Shown piece by piece: positions 61,021 through 64,000 of a stretch of DNA of 64,000 nucleotides. The stretch comes from Selaginella moellendorffii (Eukaryota > Plantae > Lycopodiophyta), in contig NW_003314382.1 of assembly GCF_000143415.4 (NCBI RefSeq), positions 22,801 through 86,800 of the forward strand, read 5' to 3'. Both the position numbers and the translations under genes were made by a program. The notes beneath the pieces were generated by a model. The model had not been told where the DNA came from. It saw nothing but the letters and a program-made list of their open reading frames with translations, and ran no database searches. Positions within the stretch are counted from its first letter, which is position 1, and each line of letters begins with the position of its first letter.

Positions 61021-64000
61021 GCCATAATATAATGGGAGGGGCCATTGACTTATTCATGCAATTACTTGTGCAACTCTTTGTTTTCCAAAAGAATTTCTAT
61101 GTTAAAATCTTCCATTACAACAACATCAATAAGACATTGTTAATGCCAAGGCCTTCACCCAGGAAATGGAAGGCACCAATCTGGAAAATGCTGACAACAC
61201 TGATACATATAACCAACTTCCCAATAGTGGGCATCACAGCCATGATCACATCTTCACCTTTGTCTTTGAACATGAGCAACAGTAGCATTAACCTCTATCA
61301 AAACAAGACCATTTCCCATAGGAAGTGGAGCTAAAAGACATGCAATGAAAAATGGAAGAAACAATGTTTTATAATATTATACTAGTCAAAGAGCATTGTT
61401 AAGGGTGGTTAAAATAAGTATATGTATAAGGCTCATAAGATCTTGACAAAATGTTAGTTGAAACCATTCCCAATTTGATCCACTTTGACATATTTAACTC
61501 TGTATAAAATAAGAAATTTTGAAAACAAACACCAAACTGCATCATTGACTCAAATGACTTATGATGTAAGTGATGCAATTGTTGGAAAGTATTATCATAA
61601 TCATCAGTAAAAACTAAATTAGCCCAAAGCCAAGCACTCATTAGAGGCAATTAAAGTTGCCCTTTAACTCCACCTATGTGAATGCATATAATATGGAAAT
61701 GGAATATAAAAATCTACATATTAATTAGTCAAAAACCCTATGTTAGATATAGGATTAAGTAAAACTAATCTAATGGCTTTCAAAATCCCACTATGCTAAT
61801 ATTAGTATATAGTATCATAGCCGTACACTTAGACCTCACAATATTATGAAAAATAAAATAAAAATTATATTTTATTATAAATATTTATTTTTCAACAGTA
61901 TAAAGTTTATATAATAATTTTCAAAAAATTAATACTTAGATATATGTTTCTGAATGCAAAACTATGTTTTGAGATTTTTAATATAAATTTTTTTTATCTA
62001 TTTAAGCAAACGTGTAAAAGGATTGAGGTGGTAGTGGATATATTTAGAACAAAAATATTTTACTATTTAATGGCTGTTATTCATTTAAAATTTATAATTT
62101 ACAAACATGGCTATAAATATAAACTTTTCTAAATAATTGTTAGTATATTCTAGTTTATTTTACCATCTAATGATTGATATATAAAAATATTAGTCTTGTG
62201 GTTAAAACTTATAATGCCACCATCAATTGAGTTTGATTATTCAACTGCAATCACATAGCATTGAGAAACTACTATCTTGTGGTTAAAAACATGTATATTA
62301 ATTATAAACTTAAATAAGTATCAATAAATATAATAAATAATAAGCACTACTACTAAGCAAACTAAATGTTGTTCCATACATCACATGGAAAATTAAAGTT
62401 TTTTAAAATTATTATTAATCAACTAAAATTTTTATTAAATACTTTTATTAAATACATACATATACAAAATGGGCTATCTCTATGCTATATTACTATAATT
62501 AGCATATTATCCAAGGACTCCATCTAATCCATCCATTCCTACATGTAAACAAGAGTCTAAACCCAATTTATATACCTATTCTCATAGTTCACATTGGTGG
62601 AGATTGCTTTGTTCAATGTTTGGGATTATGCTTTTGATAGCTACAATCCTAGATTTAGTGAGAAGCTAACATAATTTTTAATCTAAAAGAGAATAAAGGA
62701 ATAAATCAAATCTGTTCTTACTTTTTAATTTTCAGTACATTTTCTTCTTTTATCATACCATGCCATCATTGATCAAAGAGTATATCACTTAATGTTACTA
62801 ACACTACTCTATTAGATTGAGGTTTTGGTGTTGTGGGCCATGATTATATTGGTGTTGTGCCTATCCTTAGTGTATTGTTGTTGCTTTTCTATAGAACATA
62901 ATTACATTGTCTATGTCCTATAATTTCTTATTGATGTGGAGTGTGATTTGTGATATCAATTAAGGAGTTATAGATGATGCAATTTGATTCTTGAAGGGTG
63001 TTCAAAGATTAAGTTTATAAAAAGATGAAGTTTAAGTGGTTTTATATTCAATTACTGTAAAGATAGCTTTGAAGATGAGTTGAAAATTTTACTAGTTAAG
63101 TGTCAATCTTTCAATTTATTATATAGTCCTTTTTCATTGTATTCTACTCTTTTCTAACCTTTTTCTATTTACAGCTTTTACCATCTCTACAAGTTTTTAA
63201 TTTTTATTCCCCTATTTATAATATTTTCTTTTTTCTACCATGTTAATCAATTTTGACTTTTGTGATTCATATTTTTAATTTGGTGTTGAGTTAAGTATTT
63301 TATATCTTCTTTATACTAATCAGGATGTTGAGCGTATGCATAAAACTATGCATTGAGGAAGTTGAACAGTATGAGTTTTTTGCTTATCTTATGGTGGCCA
63401 AAGTTATCTTATTGTGGCCAATGTATCGATATTTTCTATTATTCAGCTTTTTGTTTGGATAGAGTCTCTTATAACAGAAGATCCCATATTATTCAAGCTT
63501 TAAGCACATTTTCTTCTTTTTATTTCTCTTTTTATGCTTTAGCAACTGCTAAAAATTCCTCTTTCAATATTTTCTTATCCACTTTTTATTCTTCCATAAT
63601 ATTTTTTTTCTTTCATTTTCCTTTTTTACTTTGATACTTTAAATTTTTTCTTCTTCAAAGGAAGGGGTATAAAGAACAAATGGGAATTTAGCCCTAATGA
63701 TGGAGTGAGGACAAGTGAATATAATAGTGGGGTGAGGATAAATAATATGGATTACTATATACATTATATACTCAAAAATTAATCTAAGAATTTTGTAGAT
63801 AATCCAGAGGATGAGACTAGGAATCTTGGGAGGAGATCTGTAACTCTTTTGTTTGTGATGGATTGATAAGTAACTCTTTTTATTGAATATGCTAGTAGTT
63901 CTCCTTTATTTAGATGAATTTTGTGTCTAAAACTAATAGCTGAGATTTTATGTGCTATCCTCCATTGTTCTAACAACTTTTGCTAGTTCTAGTTCATTTG

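Noticed and set aside
61030-64000. Short AT-rich ORFs at the right end
   Set aside because: No domain motifs; probably TE debris that I cannot classify by eye.

Overview
This is plant nuclear DNA, most likely from a lycophyte (Selaginella-like). That call is inferred from ~50-90 nt introns, very short intergenic spacers, many intronless PLS-E PPR genes built from 31-aa motifs, and a cilium-associated CYB5D1 gene. The window has four parts. (1) 2.7-9 kb: a PPR gene, FKBP20-2, an F-box/kelch gene and two pseudogenes. (2) 9-27 kb: an AT-rich rearranged zone. It holds a ~520-590 bp tandem repeat, gypsy debris, two broken subtilases, an intact PPR gene fused to a decayed PPR-FKBP duplicate, two inverted 18S rDNA fragments, 5S-carrying Cassandra-like LTR repeats, and an isolated intact AT-rich ORF for a secreted YvgO-like protein. 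(3) 27.3-58.0 kb: about 15 tightly packed genes, namely TRM7 (with two intronic C/D snoRNAs), MAEA/GID9, ECR, DUF506, two PPRs, a CREST-like membrane protein, a B3 factor, a UGT, XRCC3, a P4-ATPase, DUF789, CYB5D1, an NSUN6-like gene and a CDPK. (4) 58-64 kb: AT-rich retroelement debris. All family calls come from motifs recognised by eye; no database searches were run, and exon boundaries and pseudogene limits are approximate.
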